This document shows positions 47,301 through 60,733 of a stretch of DNA of 64,000 bases, in pieces. Source of the DNA: Schizochytrium sp. TIO01 (lineage: Eukaryota; Protista; Bigyra: Labyrinthulomycetes); contig SMSO01000005.1 of assembly GCA_004764695.1 (NCBI GenBank), forward strand, positions 1,178,001 through 1,242,000. Direction: 5' to 3'. Each line of letters opens with the position of its first letter. Within the stretch, counting starts at the first letter, position 1. The notes below the pieces were generated by a model, which searched no databases, was not told where the DNA came from, and saw only the letters and a program-made list of their open reading frames with translations. The position numbers were made by a program, and so were the translations under genes.

Positions 47301-49734
47301 CATCACTAAAGTTTACATAGTAAGGTGGATCCGGGAGGCGCATGCCACTAATTCGAGAGTCGGGGTCATAGTCTTCAACATTCTCCCCATCCTGGATAGG
47401 AACGAGTGCAGGTCCCAGGACAGATTGCTGTAGCAGAAGACTAGTAGTGTAGGCCTTCTCTTGCCAGTCGCCATATTTCTGTTTGCAGAACTCCTTGATG
47501 ACCTTTGCAAAACTAATGTACTCAGCCATTACATTTTGCCAGGTCTGGGAACCGTCAAACCAGGATTCCATCTTGCGAAATCGCATAATGGGTCGCTTTG
47601 CACGATAGTAAAGGTGTTGTGCCCAAGCAATGGCTCCAGCGATTGGTGGAAAATTCTTAAAAACTGGAGGAGCAGATACGTTATTCTCAAAGGTAGCCCG
47701 TACTCTTTCAAGCTCCTTGCTGTACTGCAGGAGAATGTCATCGAACTTTTGCATCATTTGTCGGTTAATTGATTCGCGACTCTGGATGTTCTGGAAATTC
47801 TGCAGAAGGTCAAATGCACCTTCAGCTGAGCGGAGCTTTTGGAAAGATGTGTCAATGAATCGTTTGGTCATTTCCTCGATTTCGTCAACTTTGACGCGAA
47901 ACTGAGACATCACCGCATCCCAACTGGTCTTGTAGCGTCTATCAAAAATGTCAAAGGGTACAGACTCGAGAGGATCAATGAGAGCTTCAACACGACGCAT
48001 AACCTCATCAATTCCCTCGGAGTCTCCCGTAACTGCTTTAAGTTCAGGACCAAGAAATTTTTGAAACTGATCGAGAACCATTGCAACTTCGTGTAGGTTT
48101 TCGCATATCTTCGCCATATAGTTGGTTTGTTCGAAAAGACGCTTACGATCGAATTCCCAGCGATGATCAGTGCCGCTTGCTTCGATCTTCTCACGAACAG
48201 TCATGTATGTCTTATACCAGCTTTCAAGTACGGTGGTTGCCTCAGAGATAGATTTGAGAGCTGCTTCAGGAGCGCGCCGGAGAATAGTGCGAATACTAAT
48301 TTCAGTTGCAACTTTGTCAGCGATCTCACCTCCAATTCGTTCCATAAGTGGAACCATTCTCTCGTCAGTGTTGTAATGGCGAGAGATGATCCATACCATT
48401 CGAATTGCGTTCATCATAGAGGGAAGAGTATCGAGGATTGAGCTGAGTGTGCCTGTTGTAATTGCTTTGAAGTGGCGTTCTAGAGTGGACAGGAATTTGA
48501 CATTATCCTTAGCTTCCACATAGAGCTTGGTCAACTCTACAAAGTGAAAGCGAAAAGTAGGAAGCATACTTGCTTCCACTAGTTCGAGTGCTTTCAGCAT
48601 TTGTTGGACTGTTGGGATATTAATCTGTTCATAGAGGGCACTTAGAGCAGCATTACGCTTTTGCCAAAATTCTATCTCAGCCAAGGGCCCCGCTCGCTGG
48701 GGCGTTTTGCGGGTTTCCTGGTCCACTACCTGGGCAACAGCCTTGGACCACTCATCAAGAGCTTCCTCAAGCTGACTTACGGTTTCGTAGTCATCAGCTA
48801 CCGACTCAAGATCAGTGATGACAATGTCAGGGATATAAAGATGTACATCTCCATGAACCTGTTGAAGAGCGTGCTCAATCTGTGACTCGAACTTCTGCAT
48901 GTTTGAGCGCAGCTCACGGCTAAGGGAGCTTGAAGCCAAGCTCTCAACAGCACGATTCTGCTTAACTTTATTCCGCGATTTAGTGCGATTATCGGAGCCT
49001 TTCGTCTCAGACTCAAGTTCACGGTCTAGGTCCGGTGAGTCGGGTCCATCAGCGTCACTCCAATCGCCCCTGTTTCCACCACGAGTCGTCTCATCACGCT
49101 CCGGGCGATTTGACGGCGACCGAGGGCCATCATCTAGACCAGATCCGCCCTGAGAGCCTGCAAGATCAAGTAAAGGAATATACACTTCGCGCAGGATATC
49201 ACTGAGATCGCCGAGAGGGTCACCTGTGAGAACACCAAATTCAATTTGCGCACCATCCTGGCAATTGGTGACTGGGCCGTTGATTGTTTTGCAGAGGTAA
49301 ACTTGCCTCCGTCCAGCAAGCCCTGTGCCAGGCACCACGCCAGGCAGCAAGACATCATGGCGAAGGGTGAGCTCGCCGTCTTCGTCTTCCATGATCGCGC
49401 GTTGACCCCGGCCCCCGTGGCCAAGGCCAAATTTGTCTCCAGCTTTGCGTCCGAGACTTGGACCACGTTGGTCATTTGTTGAGGGTTTAAGCCCATTTCC
49501 GTCTTGCATCTGAGCGAGTTCATCTTCATCTTCGTCATCTTCGCCTCCCTCCAGAATGAAGACAAAACAACTCTCGCATGGCGCGTCAGAAAGGAAATCC
49601 ATGAGGTCTTCAGCGCCCCCGCCTTCATTCCAATCGTTGTAAATGTTTTCGTCAATGTCAAGGCCAGTGCAGACCGTCTTCTGCACCCATGCCTTCATTC
49701 GGGTGCCATCGTCTTCTTCATCCAGATGCGCCAT
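35340..49734 (-). CDS. DNAH10: Axonemal inner-arm dynein heavy chain I1-alpha type; exons 49734-43483 and 43353-35340, with one +1 frame break near 45134-45150
   Basis: P-loops GPAGTGKTE, GPTGGGKS, GDPGTAKT and GVGGSGKQS; CFDEFNR. The spliced junction gives INCGEGLDWKAMG, and the C-terminus RRNAMGVGLVFSADL..WVLQGV is typical of DNAH10/DHC1-alpha. Reconstructed length 4754 aa. Confidence 0.92.
43354..43482 (-). other. 129-nt GT-AG spliceosomal intron in dynein
   Basis: AAT TG|gtaagt...ctaacattacag|C GGT GAG, with a CTAAC branch point; restores the N-C-G-E-G motif. Confidence 0.93.
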
Positions 49735-50948
49735 CTTCGCAAGGTTCCAAAGACTTCGAGCTCAGGCTCCGAAAGCCCGAATACAGCTGTTTTTGACAGT
49801 AGCAGAAGTCGAGCAGCTCTACAGCTACCTCGGAGCGTTATAACTCACAACGTTTTTAGCCTTTTCTAAATCGCCGTCGCAGCCACCAGCAGAGCTGTAG
49901 TCCGCGGTGGCTTCGAGGTCTGCCAGAACTTCGCGACCTTCGACGGCGAGGTGATTGCCTAGCGGCACCAGCTCCGCCTCGAGCTTGCCTCGGAACTATG
50001 CGAGTCAACTTTGCTTCTATTCTACTTCCCTCCAATTCTCGCGCGCCGTTTTGGTCCTCATTTGCATTCATTTAATCATCTAACTCATACGCTCTCACTT
50101 TTGCGTTTCGCCTAAATAACTCATATCACACTCGTAATAGGGCCGTTAGACCTTTAAATGGCACACATCACTCATTGGACCTTTAAAAGCGTTACCTTTA
50201 GTCCAGTACCCAGAAAAAAACCCACTTGCGGGCGCTTTTGCGGAGCCCGAAGCGGAATCCATGGAAATTGAGGCTCTTCGTTCACCGAAAATCATGTCAT
50301 ATTGCAAATTGCTCGCCTGTCATCCAGGTTCCTACATGGCTTCCGAACTTGAGTATTCCCTCGCAAGTGTTCTCTGGAATGCCACCCCAAAAGAACAGCC
50401 AAGAACATACCTTACACGAGCTCTTTATGCCATTCACTAGGGAGGGGCCTCTTAGCACTTACTTTATCTAACTATTAATGGCCTTCTCGTGTGGGTTGTT
50501 CTGTTCTCTCACCCGTTCTTTTAGAGTATCAGTTCATTATTTGTTCTGTTCTTTAAATGTTCTTTAAACGTTCTAATATGTTCCGTTCTGTTCTAGCTCG
50601 GAGTGATAATAAAATTCGTACGAAAGTCTCGAAGAACTCCTTTTCTCATTGCTAATTACAGATAGAATGATAGTATTGCTAGTTGATTGGGCGGGGCAAT
50701 GGTGGCGCAGCGAATGATGGAGGGATGTGCCCAGACCTTGAACGGGAACTCGGGCTGGGACTAGTGCGACTAGGTTTGAGCCTGTTGCCAGGGCTGGCAG
50801 AGGCTGTTTCTTGTTAGTCTGTATACAAGGTGAACTGCGTCTATTTGTGTCTGCCAGAAGACGAGATCCTCCGATCAAGCTGCTCTTGCTGTGATCTTGA
50901 CAGGAGATAAATACATATTGAGAAAGGCCCGCTGCAGAGTTAGCAATC

Positions 50949-51557
50949 ATGTTCAAGGCGTCTTCTAGGTTGGCAGTCAATGCCAAATTTGGCTTGCAAA
51001 GTTTGGCAAATAATGTGCCTGTTTCACAAGTCATGCTCGCGAAAAGTCTGGGGTCTCTCTCGATTCGCTCTTTGAGTTCTTCAACGACTGATGATAAAAA
51101 GGACGTACCAGCAGAGAAGAATAACGATATACCAGCTGGGGAAGTAGGTACATCTGGCTCTGAGCAAGACGCAACGGATGCTCGTTTGAAGTCAATTCTA
51201 GAGAACATTCGCACGCAGCTTGCCAAGCGTTCACAGAGGAGTGGGGAGGGGCGTATGGCAATTGCGTTCACCTGCAACTATGATGGGGAGTGCTCGCAGC
51301 CTGACGAAGACAGCCGACGGGTGGTAAAGCTTATTTCTAAGCACTCTTACGAGAAGGGCGTAGTTTTGGTCAAGTGTCCGTGTGAAAACTTGCACTTGAT
51401 TGCTGACAATCTCGGTTGGTTTGGAGAGGAGCGGAATATTGAGGAGATCCTGCAATCCCGTGGCGAGCAAGTTCAGCACTTACAGGCTGAGGACTTGCTT
51501 GATATTGATCATCACTCGGTTCAAGGAGGGAGTTCTTCGGGAGGCGTTTTGGGTTAA
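50949..51557 (+). CDS. DNLZ: Mitochondrial DNL zinc-finger protein (Zim17/Hep1/Tim15, Hsp70 escort)
   Basis: Transit-like N-terminus; AFTC...[30 protein letters not shown]...NIEEIL..RGEQV. Confidence 0.92.
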   Translation: MFKASSRLAVNAKFGLQSLANNVPVSQVMLAKSLGSLSIRSLSSSTTDDKKDVPAEKNNDIPAGEVGTSGSEQDATDARLKSILENIRTQLAKRSQRSGEGRMAIAFTCNYDGECSQPDEDSRRVVKLISKHSYEKGVVLVKCPCENLHLIADNLGWFGEERNIEEILQSRGEQVQHLQAEDLLDIDHHSVQGGSSSGGVLG

Positions 51558-54500
51558 ATAGATCACTTGCGGTGTGCAAATTTCTTTCGACGTGTGGGAT
51601 ACCGTTTGTTTGTCTAATATTTCTCAAAGCCTAGGCTTGCCTTTTAAAGTTAATAGGTTTAGGCGAGAACAACTAAAAATCTCTTTGGCTAAGAGCTCCA
51701 TTGTATTTTCTTGTTGCAAAATTGCTCCTGAGTCAGTGTCTACAATAGTTAGTTTTTTGTGTGTGTGAATGTGGCAACCAAATTAATGCTATGCATAGAA
51801 AGAATGCAGAGCCTATATAAAATTATCGGCAAATTAATGACTACCATGTCAAAAATTAGTTCATGAGGTCGGTCAGTGCCTTGTTTGCCAGTTTGAAGTA
51901 TTTCCACCTTCGCAAAAAATTATATAATCATATATTGTCTGTCAAACTACACACCGCCTTAAATTCACCCCCCCCCCAAAAAAACCATTATTTTGCCAAA
52001 TTTGGGAGTTTTAGATTCCTAGTCATATGTGTGACAACTTCAGCAGAATAAAATATAAAATCTCAATTTGCAATGCTGGTCGGTGCACAACCAAACAAAT
52101 GCTTGTTTTCACTTGAACAGATATGCATTTGCTCACGTGTCTGTGATTCTAAGCCTTACTGGATGATTAACCACGAAGCTATCTTAGACGTAGCTAGTAC
52201 CCGGTTGTTTGTGCTGATGACAAACCTGAACTTTTCTTCGGAAAAAAGAAAAGAAAAAGAAGAGGAGACCCCAGCAGACTCGTATATTTTCCATTTTATA
52301 TTTGTCGACGAATTCATTATTATTGCGCAGCAAATAGTCGCAGTCAGTCTTTAAATCAACTCAAACTTGAGGTATCCAGGGAAGGATTTTCACTGAAGTG
52401 ATAATATATCCCTACTATAATATTCTGAAAAAACCCAACCTAGTCAATCACGGTAGGACCTTGGTAGCCCCCAATTTAGTACTAAGTACAATAAACTAAA
52501 TTGCTATATCGAGCACCCATTCACAGATTTAAATTGATACGCTGCGCGCATGAGAAGGGTGAGGTGCCAATCCAACCCCGTTTACTACTTTATGAACGGA
52601 TAGATAACGTTAATAGTACCAGTTGGAATGAATCGATCCAATTTTATCACAGGGTAAATTAATTAGAGCTTCATTCTTGCTGAACAACGAGAACTCCAGC
52701 CAGTTGACGCCAAGAGATCGAGCATCTTCAAATAAATATAATTGAGTTTGTTATCTTAGCTTTTGCCAAAGCACTCAGCCTCAAGTCAGTGAGGTTCGAG
52801 CAAATATCTGAAGGATTTTTCAAGGTAGTGTACTGACGTGACGTTCTTTCTTAGTTTTTAAAAAACCTGTGAGCCTTCTGCTGGATTACTGACTATAGTA
52901 AATTGCTCTATTGTCAGGAGCCATCTGGTTCTGCGCAATAGTACCTACTTAACTCAACACTCGAGAACTCTATATACAAAGCAAAAAGCCATTGGGAGCC
53001 TAGGTACTATGATTGTTGTTTTTGGAGCCAAGCATCATCATAAAGTCGGTATTAGTAGTCGAATGGATAATACTAGTGACGTCCTACTCAAGATTTTCTG
53101 GATGTTGAGATAATAACATGACTGAATACGAACTTTCAACAAAATGGTTAGAGTCATTGGGCCGGCTAGCCAAAAGTCCACTCTCTCGTTTTATTTACAA
53201 CTTCCTCAAATAGAAAACATTTTTTTCTTTTCCAAAAACACTTTTCTTTGAAAAAAAATTGAGAAGACGAATAATATCTGGTAGAGTCAGATACTAGTTC
53301 TAGCAATGAGTACTTTATGTATGTTGAAGATATCCGCGAGCCCGATAGTTGAAAAAAATTAAGTATTCATAAAGCATACCTTGTGTTCATGACTACCATA
53401 GAAAGCAGCATAAAAGGTGGTTGTCAACATCAGCCAATCTCTGCACATGCATCACAATCTTTGAGATCTAGCCTAAGTTATGATGTTCACCCTTCCTTTA
53501 TTTTCTTCACATTATTATTACTATAGTTATTTCTATTTTAATTTGAAATAAATAAATATAAAGTTTTAGAAAGAAAAAAAGTAAAAATAATCATCATTAT
53601 CTCAAGTCCCCTGCTACCTTTCTCATTGGTCAAAGTTAGAGGGCCAGTGACTCCTTTAATTAATTATTCAATCAGAGTCTGTGGCTGAAATTGTTTTCTT
53701 GACTTTCAATTTTTAGAGGAGAGATCTTGAATTTGTTCAGAAAAGGTAGTCACTTTTTCACACGCGCCAAATGATGTAGGGCTGACTGGTTGACTGATTG
53801 ATTGATTGGTTGACTGGCTGACTGGTTTGCTGATTGGTTGATTAGGTTATAGGTAGTAACCAGGTACACCAAAGTCAAGATTTCATTCGTAGAACTAACT
53901 TCATATTTTTTTGAAGTGATGAGGGTGAGAGTGGTGGTGTGTACTTCGGTTGCACGACTTACCTTCAATCTATTTTAAAAATGGTGATAGTATCTATAAT
54001 AGAAGTTTCCAGTAATTGATAAATCTAACCCGTGTGCATTATTTGTATATTCTTGCTGATTTCCAGCACATATAAAAATCTATAAGGTAAATTCTAGTGG
54101 TGAGAGGTTAGTTAGTTCTTTAAATAAGATGACTCGATAACTGCATGGACATGCACTTGAAGCCTCAAATGTGGCGAGTGTTCATGGCAATGTCCGCGGC
54201 ATTTATTTTATTTTTAAATTTAAGTTGTTAGGAAAGGTGCAAATAATGGATTATAGTAACTAATTTCGTTCTTATTTAGAAAAGTAAAGTATGAGTCGCG
54301 TGTTTTGATACAAAATACATTCTCTTGGAGAGTTTGGAAGCTCGTAGACGAAAGTAATAGCATTTTGCATATCCTCGAGCTATGTTTCAAATACCAAGGC
54401 CAAGACTCAAAGAAGAAAAAAAGTGTTTCTCTAGAACACAATTTTACGCGAGGTCAAACATCCAATTAAAAAAAAATGTAAAACGAGGGAGATTTCATTC

Positions 54501-56290
54501 TGGTTATCTAAAGGGAATTCCTGGTATTGTTGGGAGCATCATGGCAAAAAAATGTGTTTATCCTAATGAAACTGGAATACGTTCAACACGAAAACTTGAA
54601 TTTGCCCGTCTTTCTATTCAAAAGGTGAGTTTAAACAATATTTTAGTATCTCATACTGTTTAGAATTAAACAATCTTACGTTTAAACATGCACCAGAGCC
54701 AAGTTAGAACAATAAAGCGTTTTTTAGTTCAAATTGTTTGCAAAATCATGTTTAGCATATTTATATTTTTGCAAACTGTTTTTCATCACACTTTTATCTG
54801 AGGCTTATAGATTGATATGCATACATATATATAATATGCATACATACATATAATGTTAAAGAAAGCTTCTATGAAAAGGAGTATTTAATAATATTAAAGT
54901 TTTTTTTTTAAAATAATGTTATTTTTAAATTTAAATGCATCTTTCTGCTGAATTGAACAGCCGCGCGAGTTGCAGTCTAGAGTAGAGTAAGTAATTCGCA
55001 ATAACAAAACCTCCTGTGAGCTCCTCTGAGGGCCTGGGCGTGTTTATAATTCATATATTTCCAGTTCATACGCAAATAATATTTATAAAGTTAAAAAATA
55101 TATAATAAAATAATGATCAATGTCACCTGCTATACCTATGTGATGTCGCGACAAAGAAAGATGCTCTGACGAAGCGTCACACCCACCTTTCAGATTATCT
55201 TCGGAGGTCCCTTCGTGTATAAGAAAGAACTTAAGAATGATCTGCCAATATGCAAGTGCAACGGATGAAAGATGGGCCACCTTTACTGATGAACGAACGC
55301 TTATGCTATATTTTCTTTGGCATTAATGTATTTAAACCTTCTTCGAGAATGCGTATCTTGAAACACTGTTGGCATTTGTTGCCGGGTACTTAACTCAAGT
55401 CCGCGTTCACGCTCCATATTATTTTAAACAAGCAATTTTGCCAGGTACCCAGAAACTGGCCACTGCAATGCTTTAAATTGTAACACTCTGCGCGGCACTC
55501 GACAATCTATCTGACCATCCAAACTATTTCATAGAGAATAAATCAATTTGTGTACATTTTCTTTAGCGTTGATTGCTCTGAGCGATCAAAGCCTTTTGCT
55601 TCTTGCTACTATCCTGCCTTTGAGCCCTTTTTTTATATGCCTAATTACTAGAACTGATATGTGTTTCCGTTGAATGTTTCATCTCTTTCACAGAACATAA
55701 ACGGTAATGTAGGGGCAATGATTCTGCGCACATCGCGCCTGGGGTATACTTCAGGACAGAGGTATTTGCTACGTTGGTGTTGTAGATCCATGCTCTTCAG
55801 TTGAAAAGAGAGCCACAACGGGCAGTTGCGAGTGGACAGTTTGCGGTGCACAATCCTCATTTAGTATGCAGGCCCTGAGCGACCACGAATTGAGCGGGGA
55901 AGTTGAAGTAAGAAACCTAGCCTAGCTTAAAGAGCAATCTGAATCCAGAGATATGAAAAACTTGGCTACTTACACAGCTGGCTTTGACTTGTCTTACTTG
56001 GTGTGACGATTTAAGTGCATGCCGAAATTGGGCTAGCGCTACTATGGGCGATGGGACTATAATAAAATAACTAATTAACGCTCAATTGATCATAACAGTC
56101 AAGCCAACAGCTTACGTATGTTCGATGCTTTGGCAACGTAGAGTATAAGCTCTCGTATGCGAGTATTTGAAAGTTTGAATCCGCTTCAACGCACGGCTTT
56201 AGGAACCAGGAGGCTCGGGAGGCGTCGAGGCAGATATTGTCGCCGAGAATATACTGATAAGCCCCACATCCTTTTATTTTTTTAAAATAT

Positions 56291-56320
56291 TTAATTAATT
56301 AATTAATTAATTAATTAATT
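56291..56320. repeat. (TTAA)n microsatellite
   Basis: Direct read; a shorter tract occurs at about 63614-63633. Confidence 0.9.
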
Positions 56321-59300
56321 ATGATTAATAGTATCTCAACTATGGTGTTTTATGTTTTGGCATGGGTAGGTTGCTAAAGACTGTATATTATTGGCTTTGT
56401 ACCCTTTCAGATTATATGCTTTCTTTCTTTCTTCATGCCAGCTTAAGCGTCTTTGTCTACGATGAAGAATTTCATTAAAAATTGATTCATTTTGACATAC
56501 AGTAGCCTAGCTACAGTTGCCTAGTTACAGTAACCTAGCTACCACTGACTATCAGTAGAATGCACAACAGAACATTCTTACTGGCCATGCTTGAAGTGGG
56601 GTTTGAACACTCAAAAGCCATCATGGGACCACACGCATGGGATGACTATGATAATGAGCCTGAGTAGTAGATTTTATTTTACACGTGTCATGATACCAGA
56701 GTAAAATAAAAGACGCGGTAAGATCTTGATTTAGGTTGGTTTACGATGCAGGTCGCAAGTATAAAGGAAGAAAACTAGTGTTCTTCGGTGACTGGCCCAA
56801 GCTCTCTGAAAAACCTCTTTTCTCGCCAACTAGGTAATATACTTGTTGTCTAACGCCCGGCTTAGTGATAGCCTTCGGAAAAGGACCAGGTATCTTGAAA
56901 TTAAGCTATCGAATGCATTTTGTAAGTTTGAAAGGGATAGAGCCGAGCAGGGAGAAACTCTACCGCCACCCGAAGAAATAAAGCATCAATGGTAAGGTAG
57001 GTAGGTAGTACCAGCAGGTACTGCCTATCTAAGAATCATTAATTGACACCCTGCTGTTACTAGTCAAGGCATTTCTTTTATTACTTTGGAGTTATATGAC
57101 AGAACATATTACGGGTAAAGGGGAATGCAGGTTCCAGCACATAATAGGTAGTAACAGGGAGTAGCAAGGTCACTTGCATGTCTTATACTTAGTGAACATG
57201 TTCGAGCTAGTGTAGCTGTGAGCCAAAGAATATTAGAACCTTAAAGGGACATTGGGATGGAAGAGAATCTGAAGGTCACTGAGAAGCTGAGAACGTCATC
57301 GTTGAGGCTAGGATTATACTATCCTTTGGATTGCAAATGCATGAGTCGATTTTTAATTAATTTCTGTGCCTATGGCCTTCCGCTTATTGATCCTAAAGAG
57401 GTTCCACATTCTCTACAAATGAGTGCTGTGGTATATTTCGCAATTCGATGAATACTGATGAAATCATACGGTGACCTACGACAAGAAAACAATGCAATGT
57501 CTTGTGGCCCTTGGCCTGCTGCTGCCTTGTATTGGGACTGGCACGATTAACTTTTGCATGGTAAACCAAAGTAGAGTTGTATTCTTGAAGCCTTCAGATT
57601 TCTCTGCCAAACCCACAACTACTACGTAACTCTATCTGCACGTGCACGCTATTCAATTTTCATCTACAGCAATAATTGAAAAGTACGTGTATATTAAGCA
57701 ATAAGAGGCAAGCACGCAAGCTGACGCATAATTCACTGCGATCCATGTGTTCAAACACGAGGATTGCTTTCTATGCTGCTGCTATCTTACCAGTTATACT
57801 TCAACATGTATGATACTATCATGAAAGGGTTAGAATCCAGCTCTTGCCACGACCTTTATAGTATAATTCTGGATGGCCTCAGAAGCTACATCGCATCACA
57901 AATACTTAATTTAAGAAGCGCTAGTACTTTATTCATCTATGTTCTCTACACACACTTGTAAAAAGACCGAATTTTCAACTTTAAAATACAGAGTTATTCG
58001 CATTGCTCAAATTACTTCCTACAAAACTGACTTAGCCCAATATCTCCGTGCAGAGATTGGTCTATTATAAGTGATTAACGGCTGGAATAATATTACAGAA
58101 TCTTTTCAAAGGACGAAAAGGCGCGTGGTCCTCGGCTTCGCCCCCCAAAGCGCAAGCTTATACCTGATTCTTTCCGTTGCTGTGCCATGGATAAAGAGTG
58201 ACACGTGGAGACAATCATTGCCTAAACCGGATAACTAATTCGTTGTCGTCTTCTTTTTTTTTTTTGTATTCCATTTTTTTTGCACGGAAAAAATTGAGAC
58301 TAAAAATAAAAGGAATTAAAAAAATCTATAAACACCAAAAGTCAAGCATTGTGTTTTAAAGCAGAGAGCAATGACATTTTCTTCAAAATCCTGTGAATAG
58401 GAATCGTGAGCGATGTATCGTAGTAGAAAGTATGAGTGGGTGCTGTAATAACTCCTAAACTAGCGGCACAAAGGTTGTCATCTTCTCTCGCTCCCAAAGG
58501 GAGCGGGCTCTTTCCTCATCACAGCATCTACCCTCTCATTCAATATCACCTGCAAAAGTCGATCTTTATTTTGTTAGTCTCTCTCAAAATTAAAAGGACA
58601 CAGATTCCATTTCTTATTTTAATTAAAAGAAAAAGGTGGAAGTAGGAGGACTTATGCATTGCTTATATTAATTATCTCCTTTTCCAAGCCCTTAGAATTA
58701 AAGGCAAGGCTTTATGTTTGGAATATTTATACATATTATAAGCCGTTAGAAACCCCAAGTGAATGCGCGGGTAAGAAGCTTTTTTCGAACTGAAAACTGA
58801 GATAGGTAGGTAGGTAGGTAGGTACGGGCTGTTCAAAGTTTTGTTATTTTATTTTTAGAATTAAAAAAGTAGAAAATAGTACAAAAATAGAAGTACTAGT
58901 AGATGAAGAAGATGGATGAAATGAAAATTAAAATAGGCGTATTATATTAAAGGGTACCTACGTATGCCTTCAACTGTAGATCATTTTCAATTCAGAAACT
59001 TTATTTTCTTTTTTTTTAATATTTTGCATAGAATGGGAGAGAGGGATGATTGTTATCGTTCTTTTCGAATTTCCTGCTCCTTTTCACGGCACTGATATAA
59101 AGGTACTGCCCAATACTCGCGAGAAGTCTTGTTCTACATGCGCGAAGCTGACTACATCCATGCCCGCTTTCCCTATGAGGAATATGCCGCTCCGTGGAGT
59201 GGCTAATAGGCTACTGTTCTCAGGTTACTTGGTTCTAGCTTGAACCTTTCTTTAATATCGCCTCCCTTCTTAGGTCAATACAGCGTCAGCAAAACCGGCA

Positions 59301-59656
59301 CCTTGGAAGCAAAGAAAGAAAGAAAGAAAGAAAGAGAGGAAGGAAGGAAGAATAAATAGTAGAAAGAAGAAACAACAAACACGCAATACCCTTTCTTTCC
59401 GTCTGTCTAGACAGCAACCTCTCCAAAGGCTTCACCGCACGCAGGCAAGCCAACGGCTGAGCGAGCGGTCGTGAGCGCGCGAGAGCGAACCCGGCTTTAG
59501 TTTACTGTCTTGTTTGTGAGACGCTAAGAGGTTGGTCGGTCGAACGCGGTCGATCTGCTTCGACCTTTCCTCACCCTCTTCAGCAAAATTCGCTTCGGAG
59601 AGAGACGAAGACCGGGCAAAGCGAGCAGCCCTGCTCAGTCTACCCAGATAAACAGA

Positions 59657-60733
59657 ATGTCGGACCCGAAACGTAGCGTTCGTATTCCCTGCACCGGGAC
59701 TTTGGTCGACCTTAAGTATTTGAGCCTTTTGCTCCTGGTGGCCCAGAATGTCTGCCTTGTTCTCTCTATCCGCTACTCACGGATTCATCAAATGTCAGAC
59801 GGCGCCTATGTGTCTTCGACAGCCGTAGTTGTCTCAGAGTTCCTTAAACTCGCAGCCTCGCTCCTGCTCGAGTACCTCTTCGAGACAGGCCCCAACGAAA
59901 ACTTCCTTGAGAAGATGAAGGACGAGTTCTTCAACATCGACACTGTCAAGCTCTCAGTGCCTGGGCTGTTGTACACCTTTCAGAACAACATGCTGTTTGT
60001 TGCTCTTACCAACCTCACGGCTGCGACCTACCAGGTCACTGCCCAGCTCAAGATCCTCACCACTGCCGTCTTCTCTGTCATCATGTTGGGCAAGGAGATC
60101 TCGTTTCAGCAGACCCTTTCACTGTTTATGCTGACTGGCGGTGTTGGTATTGTCCAGGTCGCTGTTCAGCAGGCGAGCTCCAATGCATCGCAAAACACTG
60201 CTGAGATGAACCAGATGGTTGGTCTTGCTGCAGTACTTTCTGCCTGCTTAACCTCTGGTTTTGCTGGAGTGTACTTTGAGAAGATTCTCAAGCGCGGTCG
60301 TAAGGTCTCAATTTATATCCGTAACGTGCAGCTCGGATTCTTTGGTACAGTTATTGGCCTCATCACTGTCGCTGTGAATGATTTTGATCAGGTCCAGGAG
60401 GGTGGCTTCTTCCAGGGCTACGGTGTTCCTGTGATGATCCCCATTCTCACGCAGGCTGTTGGTGGACTTCTTGTTGCTGTTGTCATGAAGTACGCTGACA
60501 ACATTCTTAAGGGTTTTGCTACCTCTCTTAGTATTGTTCTCGCAGCAATGCTTTCGTCAATGTTCTTTGACGTCCCTGTGTCAAACCTCTTCGCTGTTGG
60601 TGCCGCCCTCGTTATTTTTGCAGTCTACATCTATGGCAAGTTCCCGCCTAAGCCTGCAAACCAAAGCACTACCGGCTATGCACAAGTCCCCACAAACAAC
60701 CCTGAGAGCGAAGCTGCTTTCAACAAGGCCTAA
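59657..60733 (+). CDS. Golgi nucleotide-sugar transporter, SLC35A family (UDP-Gal/UDP-GlcNAc-like)
   Basis: LKYLSLLLLVAQN, STAVVVSEFLKL, VPGLLYTFQNN, TYQVTAQLKILTTA, SGFAGVYFEKILK, GGLLVAVVMKYADNILKGFATS; multiple TM segments. Confidence 0.95.
   Translation: MSDPKRSVRIPCTGTLVDLKYLSLLLLVAQNVCLVLSIRYSRIHQMSDGAYVSSTAVVVSEFLKLAASLLLEYLFETGPNENFLEKMKDEFFNIDTVKLSVPGLLYTFQNNMLFVALTNLTAATYQVTAQLKILTTAVFSVIMLGKEISFQQTLSLFMLTGGVGIVQVAVQQASSNASQNTAEMNQMVGLAAVLSACLTSGFAGVYFEKILKRGRKVSIYIRNVQLGFFGTVIGLITVAVNDFDQVQEGGFFQGYGVPVMIPILTQAVGGLLVAVVMKYADNILKGFATSLSIVLAAMLSSMFFDVPVSNLFAVGAALVIFAVYIYGKFPPKPANQSTTGYAQVPTNNPESEAAFNKA

Noticed and set aside
56588-56612. tRNA T-arm-like sequence (minus strand gtgttcaaaccccacttc)
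   Set aside because: No D arm, anticodon arm or acceptor stem can be formed.
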